Source: PVC group bacterium
GTDB lineage: Bacteria > Verrucomicrobiota > Kiritimatiellia > CAIKKV01
Length of the DNA: 64,000 nt
Assembly: GCA_945898015.1 (NCBI GenBank)
Contig: CAMDGM010000009.1
Location: 31,703 to 95,702 of the forward strand
Direction: 5' to 3'
A model generated the notes under the pieces. The model had not been told where the DNA came from. It saw only the letters and a program-made list of their open reading frames with translations, and made no database searches. A program made the position numbers and the translations under genes. Within the stretch, counting starts at the first letter, position 1. Every line of letters begins with the position of its first letter. This document shows, piece by piece, positions 56,186 to 64,000 of this stretch.

Positions 56186-58084
56186 TCACGCCTGCGCCAA
56201 CCACTGGCGATACCGGGCGATTTTCGCGGAAAACTCCTTGGTCAGCCAGCCATTGATATTGCCATAGTACCAGGCCTCTGGCGGCAAACCCGCCGCCAGC
56301 GCCTTGTCCCGCGCCGCCGCCAGGGACAGCACGGCCTGCTCGAGCGCGGCCACGGCTTTTTCCAGCACCGCCGGGTCGCGTGTCGTCATGAATTCCCCGA
56401 AGCCGTTCATCGCCTGCTGCTGCTTCGCCATCACGGCAAGTTCGACCGCTTCGAATCGGGCGCGCCCCGTTTCCTGGCGGACCAGGCGGCGCACGCGCTC
56501 CGGCCAAGCGGGTTGCAGCGCGGCCTCCAGGTCGCCCGCCGCCTCAGCCAGCTGCGTTGCGGCGTCCGCATAAACCGCCGCCATCTCCCGGCCGAAGGAA
56601 TCCGTCGTCTCCGGCAGCCACCGGTAATCAAGATAGATATCCACATTGTGGCCGCACATGCGCATGGCCGCCGCGTAGATTTCGGCCCGGCGTGTCAGAT
56701 ACGTGACCCACGGCTGCGACGCGGCGTGGCAAATGGCCCGCCCCAGATCGGCCATGAAGGCGGCGGGCGTCAGATCGGCCTGCCACTGACCCCGGGCAAA
56801 GACCAGCATGTTGAACTCGGGCGAAATCGCCGGTCCGCCAACCTGCAGGGACATGTGGCTCTCGATGCCATGCGCCGCATAGGTCTGCATGTCCCCCAGA
56901 ATGATCGCAGGCAGGAACGGATGGAGCCCGCGAAACAGGATCTGGTCAAAGTAGTACTCGAAGGTGTGGGCATCGTCGATGCCGGCAAAGGTGCGCGTCC
57001 ACGCCTTGAGCGCGGCGAGATAGAAGCGATTGCGGGCGCAGGACGGATCGTCGAGCCTATGGCCATAGCAACGCTCGCGCGGCGCGAAGAGCAAAAAGCC
57101 CTCGCGCGGCGGGGCGATCTGGTTGCCGGGCATCATGGTGTCGTGATACGCGATCACCGGCACCCGCATGGGAAGGCCCGTCCGCGCCAGCGTCTCCCCC
57201 ATATAGCGCATCGCCAGCATGGCCTGATCCGAGGGCTCCAGCGCCCGGCAGGACGAGCAGAGGCACCACCCGCCCGCCGGGAGATCATCGGCCCAGGCGT
57301 GGACGGCGTAGGCGCCCCGGGTCGCCTCCAGTCGCTCCAGATAATGCTGCTGAACAATCCGGGCCGCCTCCGGGTTTGTGACGCAGAGATTGGAGTCCGG
57401 ATTGCGCTTGCCGCCGAAATCCTCGGGCTGGAACAGGCGAAACAGCTCCGGCTTCTCTGCGAACAGGTCGCGCGGCAGCAGGGAGGCAAGCCCGTGGCCA
57501 CCGACCTCCAGGCGGATGCCCAGTTCGCGGGCGACCGGCAAATCCTTGATGTCGTGCGAGACCGCGTTAAAACGAAGCTTGGCAAAAAAGCGCAGCCACT
57601 CCTCTACCGTGTAATCGGGACTCCCGCAGGGATCCCAAAACACGCCGCGATGCTTAAAGCGTGGATTCACGCGCCATTCGCCGGCCGACATTCGCGGAAC
57701 CACGCCCCCTTCGGGCATCCACTCGCCGTCCAAACCCGGCAGAAGAAAGAGGACTCCGAGCCTTTCCGCCAGATCATAGACGGCATTCAGCACGCCTTTT
57801 TCCGTGGCGGACGAAAGGACGACTCCGTCCGCCGACACCCGCAAGATATAGCCATCCGGCATCATCCCATCCAGCGGCGGCGTCCGCAAAGGAGGGGCGC
57901 CCGCGCGCTGAACCAGACACAAACTGAACCCGTCTATACGCGCCACTTGCGTCTCCAGGGTCACAACCCGGCCCAAGCGGCCTAGAATACGCCGGAGTTC
58001 CGCCACCGCATAGGCATAGCACGGGGCTCCCGTCGTATCGGCATGCTGAAGAACAATCGGATCGGCAACAACAAACGCGGTCAT
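56186..58084 (-). CDS. DUF4838-domain putative glycoside hydrolase
   Basis: GH67/GH20-type N-terminus (AVAELRRIL, DGYIL, GVLNAVYDLAERLG), PRFKHRG, GGHG, FAEKPE, LCVTNP, WCLCSSC, IAYH, EYY. Confidence 0.75.
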   Translation of the reverse strand: MTAFVVADPIVLQHADTTGAPCYAYAVAELRRILGRLGRVVTLETQVARIDGFSLCLVQRAGAPPLRTPPLDGMMPDGYILRVSADGVVLSSATEKGVLNAVYDLAERLGVLFLLPGLDGEWMPEGGVVPRMSAGEWRVNPRFKHRGVFWDPCGSPDYTVEEWLRFFAKLRFNAVSHDIKDLPVARELGIRLEVGGHGLASLLPRDLFAEKPELFRLFQPEDFGGKRNPDSNLCVTNPEAARIVQQHYLERLEATRGAYAVHAWADDLPAGGWCLCSSCRALEPSDQAMLAMRYMGETLARTGLPMRVPVIAYHDTMMPGNQIAPPREGFLLFAPRERCYGHRLDDPSCARNRFYLAALKAWTRTFAGIDDAHTFEYYFDQILFRGLHPFLPAIILGDMQTYAAHGIESHMSLQVGGPAISPEFNMLVFARGQWQADLTPAAFMADLGRAICHAASQPWVTYLTRRAEIYAAAMRMCGHNVDIYLDYRWLPETTDSFGREMAAVYADAATQLAEAAGDLEAALQPAWPERVRRLVRQETGRARFEAVELAVMAKQQQAMNGFGEFMTTRDPAVLEKAVAALEQAVLSLAAARDKALAAGLPPEAWYYGNINGWLTKEFSAKIARYRQWLAQA

Positions 58085-58129
58085 ACGGTCTCCTCGGGTT
58101 GACGAGTTCCATGAGAATAAACGCCACGA

Positions 58130-58942
58130 TTATTCGATCGACCGCAAATAGGCGACCGCTTTGCGGATGGCGTCGTAGGGGTTCTCCGACCCTTCGTACT
58201 CGATGTTGATGCACCCGCCGTAATTCGCCTGCTGCATGGCTTTGAGAACCGCGGGGTGGTTGAGTATCCCCTCCCCGATCAAGGCCGGCTTGAAGCGTAA
58301 TCCGTTCAGCATCTCGATGCCGCCCTCTTCCTTGGAGGTCAAGACGGTCCAATCCTTGAAATGGGCATGCGCGGCAGCGGTGGCGCAACGCGCAAACGAC
58401 TCGGCCGGCTCTTCGCCACTCGCAGCGTTGCCGCTGTCGAAGGTAAGCCCCAGATCCGGCAGATCCCGCTTCGCGTCCAGGAAATCAGCGGCCGTGACAA
58501 AGGGACTATTTTTGCCGGGAAAGTTCTCGACCGTCAACCGGATGCCCGCTGCCTTCGCCAGACCCATGATGGGCTTCAATCCCGTCACGTACCGGCGCCG
58601 CGTTTCGGCCCGGGGCAGGTCGGCACGGCCATGCGTCACCACCATGATCACCGGCGCGCCCAATATTCCGGCAAACTGGATGGCCTCCTTGATCGCGTCC
58701 GAGGCTTTTGAAATGTCCTCCGGCTTGTCGGACATCAATCCTCCGCCGGGCACCGTGTGGCACACCACCGGGATGCCTTTGTCGTCGCACCGTTTCCGCA
58801 AATCAGATGCTTTCTGGCCGTGCAACGTCACGAAATCCACGCCGGCCATGCCGATTTCCTTCGTCAGGTTCAGCATTTTGTCGACGTCGAAAACAGCGGG
58901 GCCCTGGCGGGCGATCGTATAGCTCATCATGGAATAGCGCAT
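58130..58942 (-). CDS. Sugar phosphate isomerase/epimerase (xylose-isomerase-like TIM barrel)
   Basis: LTVEN, LTFDSGN, HAHFKD, GEG, INIEYEG. Confidence 0.88.
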   Translation of the reverse strand: MRYSMMSYTIARQGPAVFDVDKMLNLTKEIGMAGVDFVTLHGQKASDLRKRCDDKGIPVVCHTVPGGGLMSDKPEDISKASDAIKEAIQFAGILGAPVIMVVTHGRADLPRAETRRRYVTGLKPIMGLAKAAGIRLTVENFPGKNSPFVTAADFLDAKRDLPDLGLTFDSGNAASGEEPAESFARCATAAAHAHFKDWTVLTSKEEGGIEMLNGLRFKPALIGEGILNHPAVLKAMQQANYGGCINIEYEGSENPYDAIRKAVAYLRSIE

Positions 58943-58956
58943 ATTCGGTCCTTTGA

Positions 58957-60396
58957 TTAAAACCACTGATTGATGAGACGAAGAGATTCCTCGACGATTT
59001 TAGTCCCGGCCTCGGCGGAGGCGGGCGAACTGGCGAACCAGGACCCATAGCCGCCGCCGGCCACGGATCGGGCGGTCGGCAAATATGCACCTTCGCCTGC
59101 CAATTGAACCACGAACGTTTGCAGGGCCCGTGACCGCGCCTTGATGCGCTGGCCGAAATCCAGATAATATTCGAACCGGTTTGTGGTCATCGCCACATCC
59201 CCGATGCGCATGGCGTGGACCACGACCGGCATTTCCAGATCGCCCGCCTGTTGCCGGGCATGACGCGCCAAGGCCCAGGTGTAATAGACCTTTTGCGCGT
59301 AAGGGACCGAATACGCGGCGGAGATCGGATCCGCCTCCTTGATGAGCGCCAGTTTTTGATTGGCTTCCGCAATGATCCTGTTCGACTCGTTTGTTTCCCA
59401 CGGCGTCAAAAGGCGGCGGGGAACCGGAAAGACGGACTGCTCATGAGTCAGCTCCACGGAGGTCCGGATATCGTTACGGACGGCCGGCAAGGCCTCTTCC
59501 ACCGCCTGGGAAATGCGCCGGCCAATGACGCGGCGCTGGGCAATAACAAACAACTCGTTGTGGTCCATGAACCCCATCAGCCGGGTCATTCGCTCTTCGG
59601 CGGCCTGGTTGATGGTGTGGTGGGGCGATTGGTCGCCCGCGGCGCTACACTGGGGCAGGATGAACAGTCCGGCGCCAAGCCGGCCACGGAGGTCGACCCG
59701 GACTTCATGCCAGTAGTCCGCCGAGATTTCGGATAGATTCTCCGTGCATTGCGAGGGGCATGCCACATTGACGAGAACGCCGGTCAATTGGTTTTCGGGG
59801 TCGAAGGTGTACAGGAGGTTGACCGAATGATCGCAATTGCCTTCAACGTGTGAAAACATGGGGTCGGCGGTTGACCCGTACATGATCGCTTGGCCATTCA
59901 GGTAACAGGATCGGCGATTGAACCCCACGGCGGCAAAGCTTTGTCCCCAGGCAATCCCGCCTAAACGGCGTGCCTGCCAGGCTTCGGCGGCTACCCGGGC
60001 CAACCGTTCAGCCAGAAAGTCGCCATAGGCTTCGGGCGCTTTGAAGGAGTCCGGCAACGGGGGATACCAGGATTCCGGGGCGCTTTGCTGGGGCGCCGTA
60101 TGGGTGTGCGTGCCATGGAGCACAATCTGGTCCGGATTGAATCCCGGCAAGCGCTCGGCGATCAGACGGCGAAACGCCTGTTGAACGTACAGCGAAATCT
60201 GGACGCAATCGACCGAAACCAGGATGAAGCCCTGGGCCTGATTCTCGCTTTCCAACGCCAGCGCGGTTGCCGTGATCGGATCCAAGGCGCGGGTGGCGAT
60301 GCGGACGTTAAACTGGCCTTTCAAATTCACGGGCCAGTCCGGCGTGATATCCACCGAGCTCCAGCCAATTTTGATCGGATTCGATTCTGGCTTCAT
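58957..60396 (-). CDS. Neutral/alkaline ceramidase-like metallohydrolase
   Basis: GWSSVDITP, DPITATALAL, GTHTHTAP, GFNRR, ACPSQ, ISADYW, AAGDQSP, EYYLDFG, YLPT, GGGYG; GGAGG RBS. Confidence 0.75.
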   Translation of the reverse strand: MKPESNPIKIGWSSVDITPDWPVNLKGQFNVRIATRALDPITATALALESENQAQGFILVSVDCVQISLYVQQAFRRLIAERLPGFNPDQIVLHGTHTHTAPQQSAPESWYPPLPDSFKAPEAYGDFLAERLARVAAEAWQARRLGGIAWGQSFAAVGFNRRSCYLNGQAIMYGSTADPMFSHVEGNCDHSVNLLYTFDPENQLTGVLVNVACPSQCTENLSEISADYWHEVRVDLRGRLGAGLFILPQCSAAGDQSPHHTINQAAEERMTRLMGFMDHNELFVIAQRRVIGRRISQAVEEALPAVRNDIRTSVELTHEQSVFPVPRRLLTPWETNESNRIIAEANQKLALIKEADPISAAYSVPYAQKVYYTWALARHARQQAGDLEMPVVVHAMRIGDVAMTTNRFEYYLDFGQRIKARSRALQTFVVQLAGEGAYLPTARSVAGGGYGSWFASSPASAEAGTKIVEESLRLINQWF

Positions 60397-60511
60397 GGAC
60401 AACCTCCGTTGATGCCGATGGGTGAAAGAGAAGAACGGCAACAAAATAGATTCAGAGAATAGGCTTAGCGCCGGAGGGAATCAATCAAAACCGCGCCACA
60501 ACCCACCCGCT

Positions 60512-60537
60512 CTACAGGGTCCCCGGCCGTTACCGGC
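60512..60537. repeat. 26-bp direct repeat, copy 1
   Basis: CTACAGGGTCCCCGGCCGTTACCGGC identical to 61881-61906. Confidence 0.95.
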
Positions 60538-61579
60538 AGACCGGGCGGTAGTTCCGGGCGGCCCGCATGAAGGTCACATCGTTCTCGAGCAGGTTTCGAG
60601 GGGGATCCGGATCGAAGGGGCCGGCCGACGGCGAGAGAATGAAGCGCCGGCCGTTCACCTCGTCGAGCGTGTCGCGCACGGCGCGCGCCATGGCCGCGGG
60701 GGAGCAGGAGCGGAAGTCATCATACTGGATGTTGCCGATCAGGGTGATGCGGTTGGCGGTGGCGGCGTAGGCCTGTGTGTGCGTGCAGTTTCCCACAGGC
60801 GGGGCCTCGATGGTATGCAGGCCGTCGGGCGCCATGGCCACGAAGTCGGGCAGCACCTCCCGGATCTGGCCGTGGTAGTGCTGGATGACCTTCTTGCCGG
60901 CCGCGTGAATCATCGCGATCAGGTCGCGTTCGAAGGGAACGATCCAGCGCTGGAAGGTGGCGCGGCTGACAAGGGGTGGCGAAGCGAGTTCACTGCCCAC
61001 GAGGAAATAGACGTCCGCGAGGTCGCGCTCCAGCGCGTAGCGGTAGATGACGCGGAGACGCTCCATGTTCCTCCGGAGCAGATCCTCGACGAGGTCGAGG
61101 TGGGTGAGCGACCAGACCGACAGGGATTCCAGGTTGGCGGCGTGGTAGAGCGAATTGATGGGCGAGCCGAGGTCGAGCATCATGGATCCGAGCTCGGGCG
61201 GGAATTCGGCTTTTTCGCGCCGGTAGTTTTCCAGTTGCGTGTCCAGCGCGGCCGTGAGGCGGACCGGATCGGTTTCGACGGGGAGCGCGCAATAGGCTTC
61301 AAGGTCGGCGTCCTCGATGAGAAATCGTTTGGAGGGATCGGCGGCCGGAACCACCCCGGGCGTGTGGAGGGGGGCGCAAAGGTTGCGCCGGTTCAGCATG
61401 ATGGCGCCGAGTTCACGAGAGGCCTCGAAGACCGGCCGGTAGCGGGGATGGTTGCGGACATCGACGTAGTACCCGGTCGAATGATAGGGGAAGAGGAGCC
61501 AGACGGGGGTTTGATCCGTGGGTTGGCCGCTCAGCGCGGCGAAGAGTCTTTCTCGGGGTGTCATCTCAACCACGTTCAT
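60530..61579 (-). CDS. Second uroporphyrinogen decarboxylase-superfamily protein
   Basis: MTPRERLFAAL...PTDQTP, GSELASPPLVS, HYHG, EAPPVGN, LIGNI, FILSPSAG. Confidence 0.8.
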   Translation of the reverse strand: MNVVEMTPRERLFAALSGQPTDQTPVWLLFPYHSTGYYVDVRNHPRYRPVFEASRELGAIMLNRRNLCAPLHTPGVVPAADPSKRFLIEDADLEAYCALPVETDPVRLTAALDTQLENYRREKAEFPPELGSMMLDLGSPINSLYHAANLESLSVWSLTHLDLVEDLLRRNMERLRVIYRYALERDLADVYFLVGSELASPPLVSRATFQRWIVPFERDLIAMIHAAGKKVIQHYHGQIREVLPDFVAMAPDGLHTIEAPPVGNCTHTQAYAATANRITLIGNIQYDDFRSCSPAAMARAVRDTLDEVNGRRFILSPSAGPFDPDPPRNLLENDVTFMRAARNYRPVCR

Positions 61580-61740
61580 CAACCTCGCTTCTCGATATTC
61601 CGCTTCACACCTGTCCCCTCATCCCCTTGCGCGGAGCTGGGAGGGCGCGGCTCCGTCCGCGCCGCGCCGTTTAAGTCCGGCAGCCGCTTTTGCGGATTGC
61701 CATCAAAAGCCCGAAGTATCCTTCATGCTTGTATGCCGCT

Positions 61741-61769
61741 CTTATATCCCGCCCGCCAACCCTCCTCAA
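61741..61769 (-). promoter_or_regulatory. Possible sigma70 promoter of the second URO-D-like gene
   Basis: TTGAGG-17 nt-TATAAG on the minus strand. Confidence 0.35.
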
Positions 61770-61859
61770 CCCGATCGTCCACCAATGTGAATGAGAAGAC
61801 CCGACCCTGGCCCGTTTTGACCCCTCAGTCCCATCGATCCCCTGGAGACGGCCGCATTG

Positions 61860-61932
61860 CCTGTAGTAGCGCTTCGCCTACTACAGGGTCCCCGGCCGTT
61901 ACCGGCGGAGGACCCTTCGGTAGCTCAGGGCC
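61860..61932. repeat. REP-like palindromic cluster containing direct repeat copy 2
   Basis: CCTGTAGTAG-cgcttcgc-CTACTACAGG perfect 10-bp stem; GGGTCC...GGACCC stem; CCCTTCGGTAGCTCAGGG. Confidence 0.6.
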
Positions 61933-62095
61933 GGCCGCCGGCTCCTTTCCTCTGCGCATCCTGCCTTAACTCGCTTCCCCGCCAATTAAACAGCGAAGGC
62001 CCCTCAGCTTTCCCTGCTGCCACTCGGCCATCTAATTTCTACTTACAGGGCTGACCCCAATCCTAGGCGAAGCTCACGTCCGAAGCCCGGCGCGA

Positions 62096-63994
62096 TTAGC
62101 AACGGAATTCGACAAGCAGGCAGGCGTGCGGGCTCAAATCGGCCGCCAGACGACCGTGCCGGACCGGGACAGGCTCCCCGGTCCAGAAATTCCGGGCGTC
62201 CCCGCCAGGCAGGTCCCGGCCCGTCAAGTCCAGCGAGACGCGCCGGGCCCGGTCGCTCCAGTTGACCAGCAGCACGCGCTGCCCGCCCCGAACCGACTGC
62301 ACCCAGAAGCTCGGCCGGGCGCTGCGGAACAGGTCCAGCGGCACGCCGGCTCCGCCGCGCTCCGCGGCCACAGTCCGCCTCACCAGGTCCAGCCCCGCGG
62401 CGTTGAGCTTGGTCAGGTCGTCCGAAAGATTCACCGCGCCGCCCGAAATCAACACCAGGCTCAGCAGGGTGCGGGCCTCGTCCAGGGTGAGGGTTGCGAG
62501 CACGTAGGGCTCGAGCTTGGCCTCCCGCATCTCCGGCTTTACGAACACCAGACACGGGCGCAGCCGCGTGAGGTCCGGGTCGACTGACGTCTGGGGCCCC
62601 CGGCAGAGGGCGAAGTCCGGATCGTTCCCCCACAGCCGGCCCTGCGCCCACCAGCGCCCCGCGATGGAGGCGACGTTCTCCTTGACGCAGTCCCACTTGG
62701 CATGGATGTCGCCGGAGGTCCTCACCTCGTCCACGAATTCCGTGCCGGCCATGAAGTCGTAGCCGCAGCCCATGATCCGGCCGCGGCCCTTCAGCGCCTG
62801 GTGCGCCGTCTCGACCAGCATGCGGACAATCTGCCCGCGCGGCACCGCCGGATCGGCAAAGACCGGCGCCTTGAGCGTCTGCACCAGGAAATCCAGCTTG
62901 AAATAGCGGTAGCCCATGCCCGCGTAGCGGTCAAAGAGGTCGTGGATCCAGCGGCGCGTCTTCGGCACGGTCGGGTCAAGCACAAACCCGAACCGCTCCA
63001 TGCAGGAAAAGGCCAGGCAGGGCAGCCCGCTGCGCCCCCGGGCCAGCATGTCCATGTCCCACTGCGCGATCCGGGCATGCGGTTCGATGACCGCGGGCGC
63101 GATCCAGAGCCCGGGCTCGAAGCCCAGGGTTGTCAGCCGCTTGGCCAGCCACTTCATGCCGTGCGGGAAGAGCGGGTTGGCGTCCCACTCGCCATAGCAG
63201 TACTGCCAGCCGTCGTCCACGATGATCCGCTTCACATGCCGGCGCAGCACGGGATCGGCGGCGATGAACTCCGCATTCTTCAGCACCGCCTCTTCAGTGA
63301 TTGTCCAACGGTAGTAATCCCAGGAGTTCCAGCCGGCCACGGCGGCCAGCGTCTTCACAACCCCGCGCTCGCCCTCGGCCCAGGCCTCCATCAGGGCATG
63401 GCCGTCGGCGGCGGCATACATGGTCACCGGCTCGGCCCGCACCCGCCCGGACGTCCCCTCCTCCACCGGCGTGCCCGCCGTCAGGTCCAGAACCGCCCCG
63501 CCCTTGACGCGGCCATGCACGGCCGACGGCTGCTCCTGCCGCAGCGGATGGGCAACCTGGAGCGTGTCACCCCGCCGCGTGATCATGGTCTGCAGGAAGC
63601 TCCGGAACGCCTCCTCCCGGGCGGCCGGCAGTGGAATCGCCTCGCACCCGCCCGCCGAGCGGCCGTGAACCAGCAGATGGTCGGCCCGGAGGCTCCGCAC
63701 GGCCAGCGGAATGAGCTCCGTGACGCGCGCGCCCTTGGCCAACCGGCCTGCCATTTCAAGCCGGAGCCCCGGAACGCCCCGGGCATTGGTTGCGGCCGAA
63801 AAAACCAGCGTCCATTGCCCCGACCTCGTGGCGCCTTCCAGCCGCAGGCGGTCGCCTGTGCGCGTCCCCGCCGTCCAGGTGATGTGCTCCAGCACCCCGT
63901 CGTCCCGCTTGACAAACGTTCCGCAGCCGGACAAGTCGAACCCGGGAAACCGGATCGCATACCGACCGCGCCTTCGGTCCACGGCCAGCGTCAC
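62096..63994 (-). CDS. Alpha-galactosidase-like glycoside hydrolase (GH36, clan D); 5' end may lie outside the window
   Basis: GWNSWDYY, IVDDGWQ, FPHGMK, GLWIAP, YFKLDF, RTSGDI, NDPD, LSDD. Confidence 0.87.
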   Translation of the reverse strand: MTLAVDRRRGRYAIRFPGFDLSGCGTFVKRDDGVLEHITWTAGTRTGDRLRLEGATRSGQWTLVFSAATNARGVPGLRLEMAGRLAKGARVTELIPLAVRSLRADHLLVHGRSAGGCEAIPLPAAREEAFRSFLQTMITRRGDTLQVAHPLRQEQPSAVHGRVKGGAVLDLTAGTPVEEGTSGRVRAEPVTMYAAADGHALMEAWAEGERGVVKTLAAVAGWNSWDYYRWTITEEAVLKNAEFIAADPVLRRHVKRIIVDDGWQYCYGEWDANPLFPHGMKWLAKRLTTLGFEPGLWIAPAVIEPHARIAQWDMDMLARGRSGLPCLAFSCMERFGFVLDPTVPKTRRWIHDLFDRYAGMGYRYFKLDFLVQTLKAPVFADPAVPRGQIVRMLVETAHQALKGRGRIMGCGYDFMAGTEFVDEVRTSGDIHAKWDCVKENVASIAGRWWAQGRLWGNDPDFALCRGPQTSVDPDLTRLRPCLVFVKPEMREAKLEPYVLATLTLDEARTLLSLVLISGGAVNLSDDLTKLNAAGLDLVRRTVAAERGGAGVPLDLFRSARPSFWVQSVRGGQRVLLVNWSDRARRVSLDLTGRDLPGGDARNFWTGEPVPVRHGRLAADLSPHACLLVEFRC

Positions 63995-64000
63995 CTCGCC

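Noticed and set aside
60422-61969. 515-aa plus-strand ORF (likewise 46054-47517, 56513-57985, 7116-8276, 10936-12045)
   Set aside because: Antisense shadow ORFs of well-supported genes, expected at high GC
1-64000. CRISPR array, rRNA, intact IS or prophage
   Set aside because: No regularly spaced repeats, rRNA signatures, transposase or phage structural genes were seen

Overview
A 64-kb, GC-rich bacterial chromosome segment. Gene style (PVC-type LepB, many DUF4838/URO-D-like/ceramidase-like sugar genes, rubrerythrin) suggests an anaerobic PVC-superphylum organism such as Kiritimatiellia/Lentisphaerae; this is inference. 1-49 kb is mostly core genome: an Rrf2-led sulfate ABC operon, rubrerythrin, GH38, GH4, thrC-gpmI-rnr, wzm-wzt-nadC-coaX, manC-ruvX-truA-rpe-lepA-lepB, a probable chromosomal dif site at 32872-32899 where gene orientation flips, RNase P RNA, an FMN-riboswitch-led ribBA-ribH-nusB-ftsY-ribD-ribE operon, a pentose operon, rsgA, uvrB, nadA and tRNA-Arg(ACG). 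After the tRNA come an integrase remnant and an accessory carbohydrate-catabolism region. The best candidate for an undescribed system is a membrane receptor at 20367-23246. It fuses a PHP phosphoesterase, a periplasmic sCache_2 sensor, a PAS-like domain and a GlnD-like DUF294 nucleotidyltransferase, and lies just upstream of a DUF485-ActP permease pair. It may be a one-component writer/eraser nucleotidylation switch for carboxylate uptake. All family assignments come from motifs recognised by eye; no searches were run.
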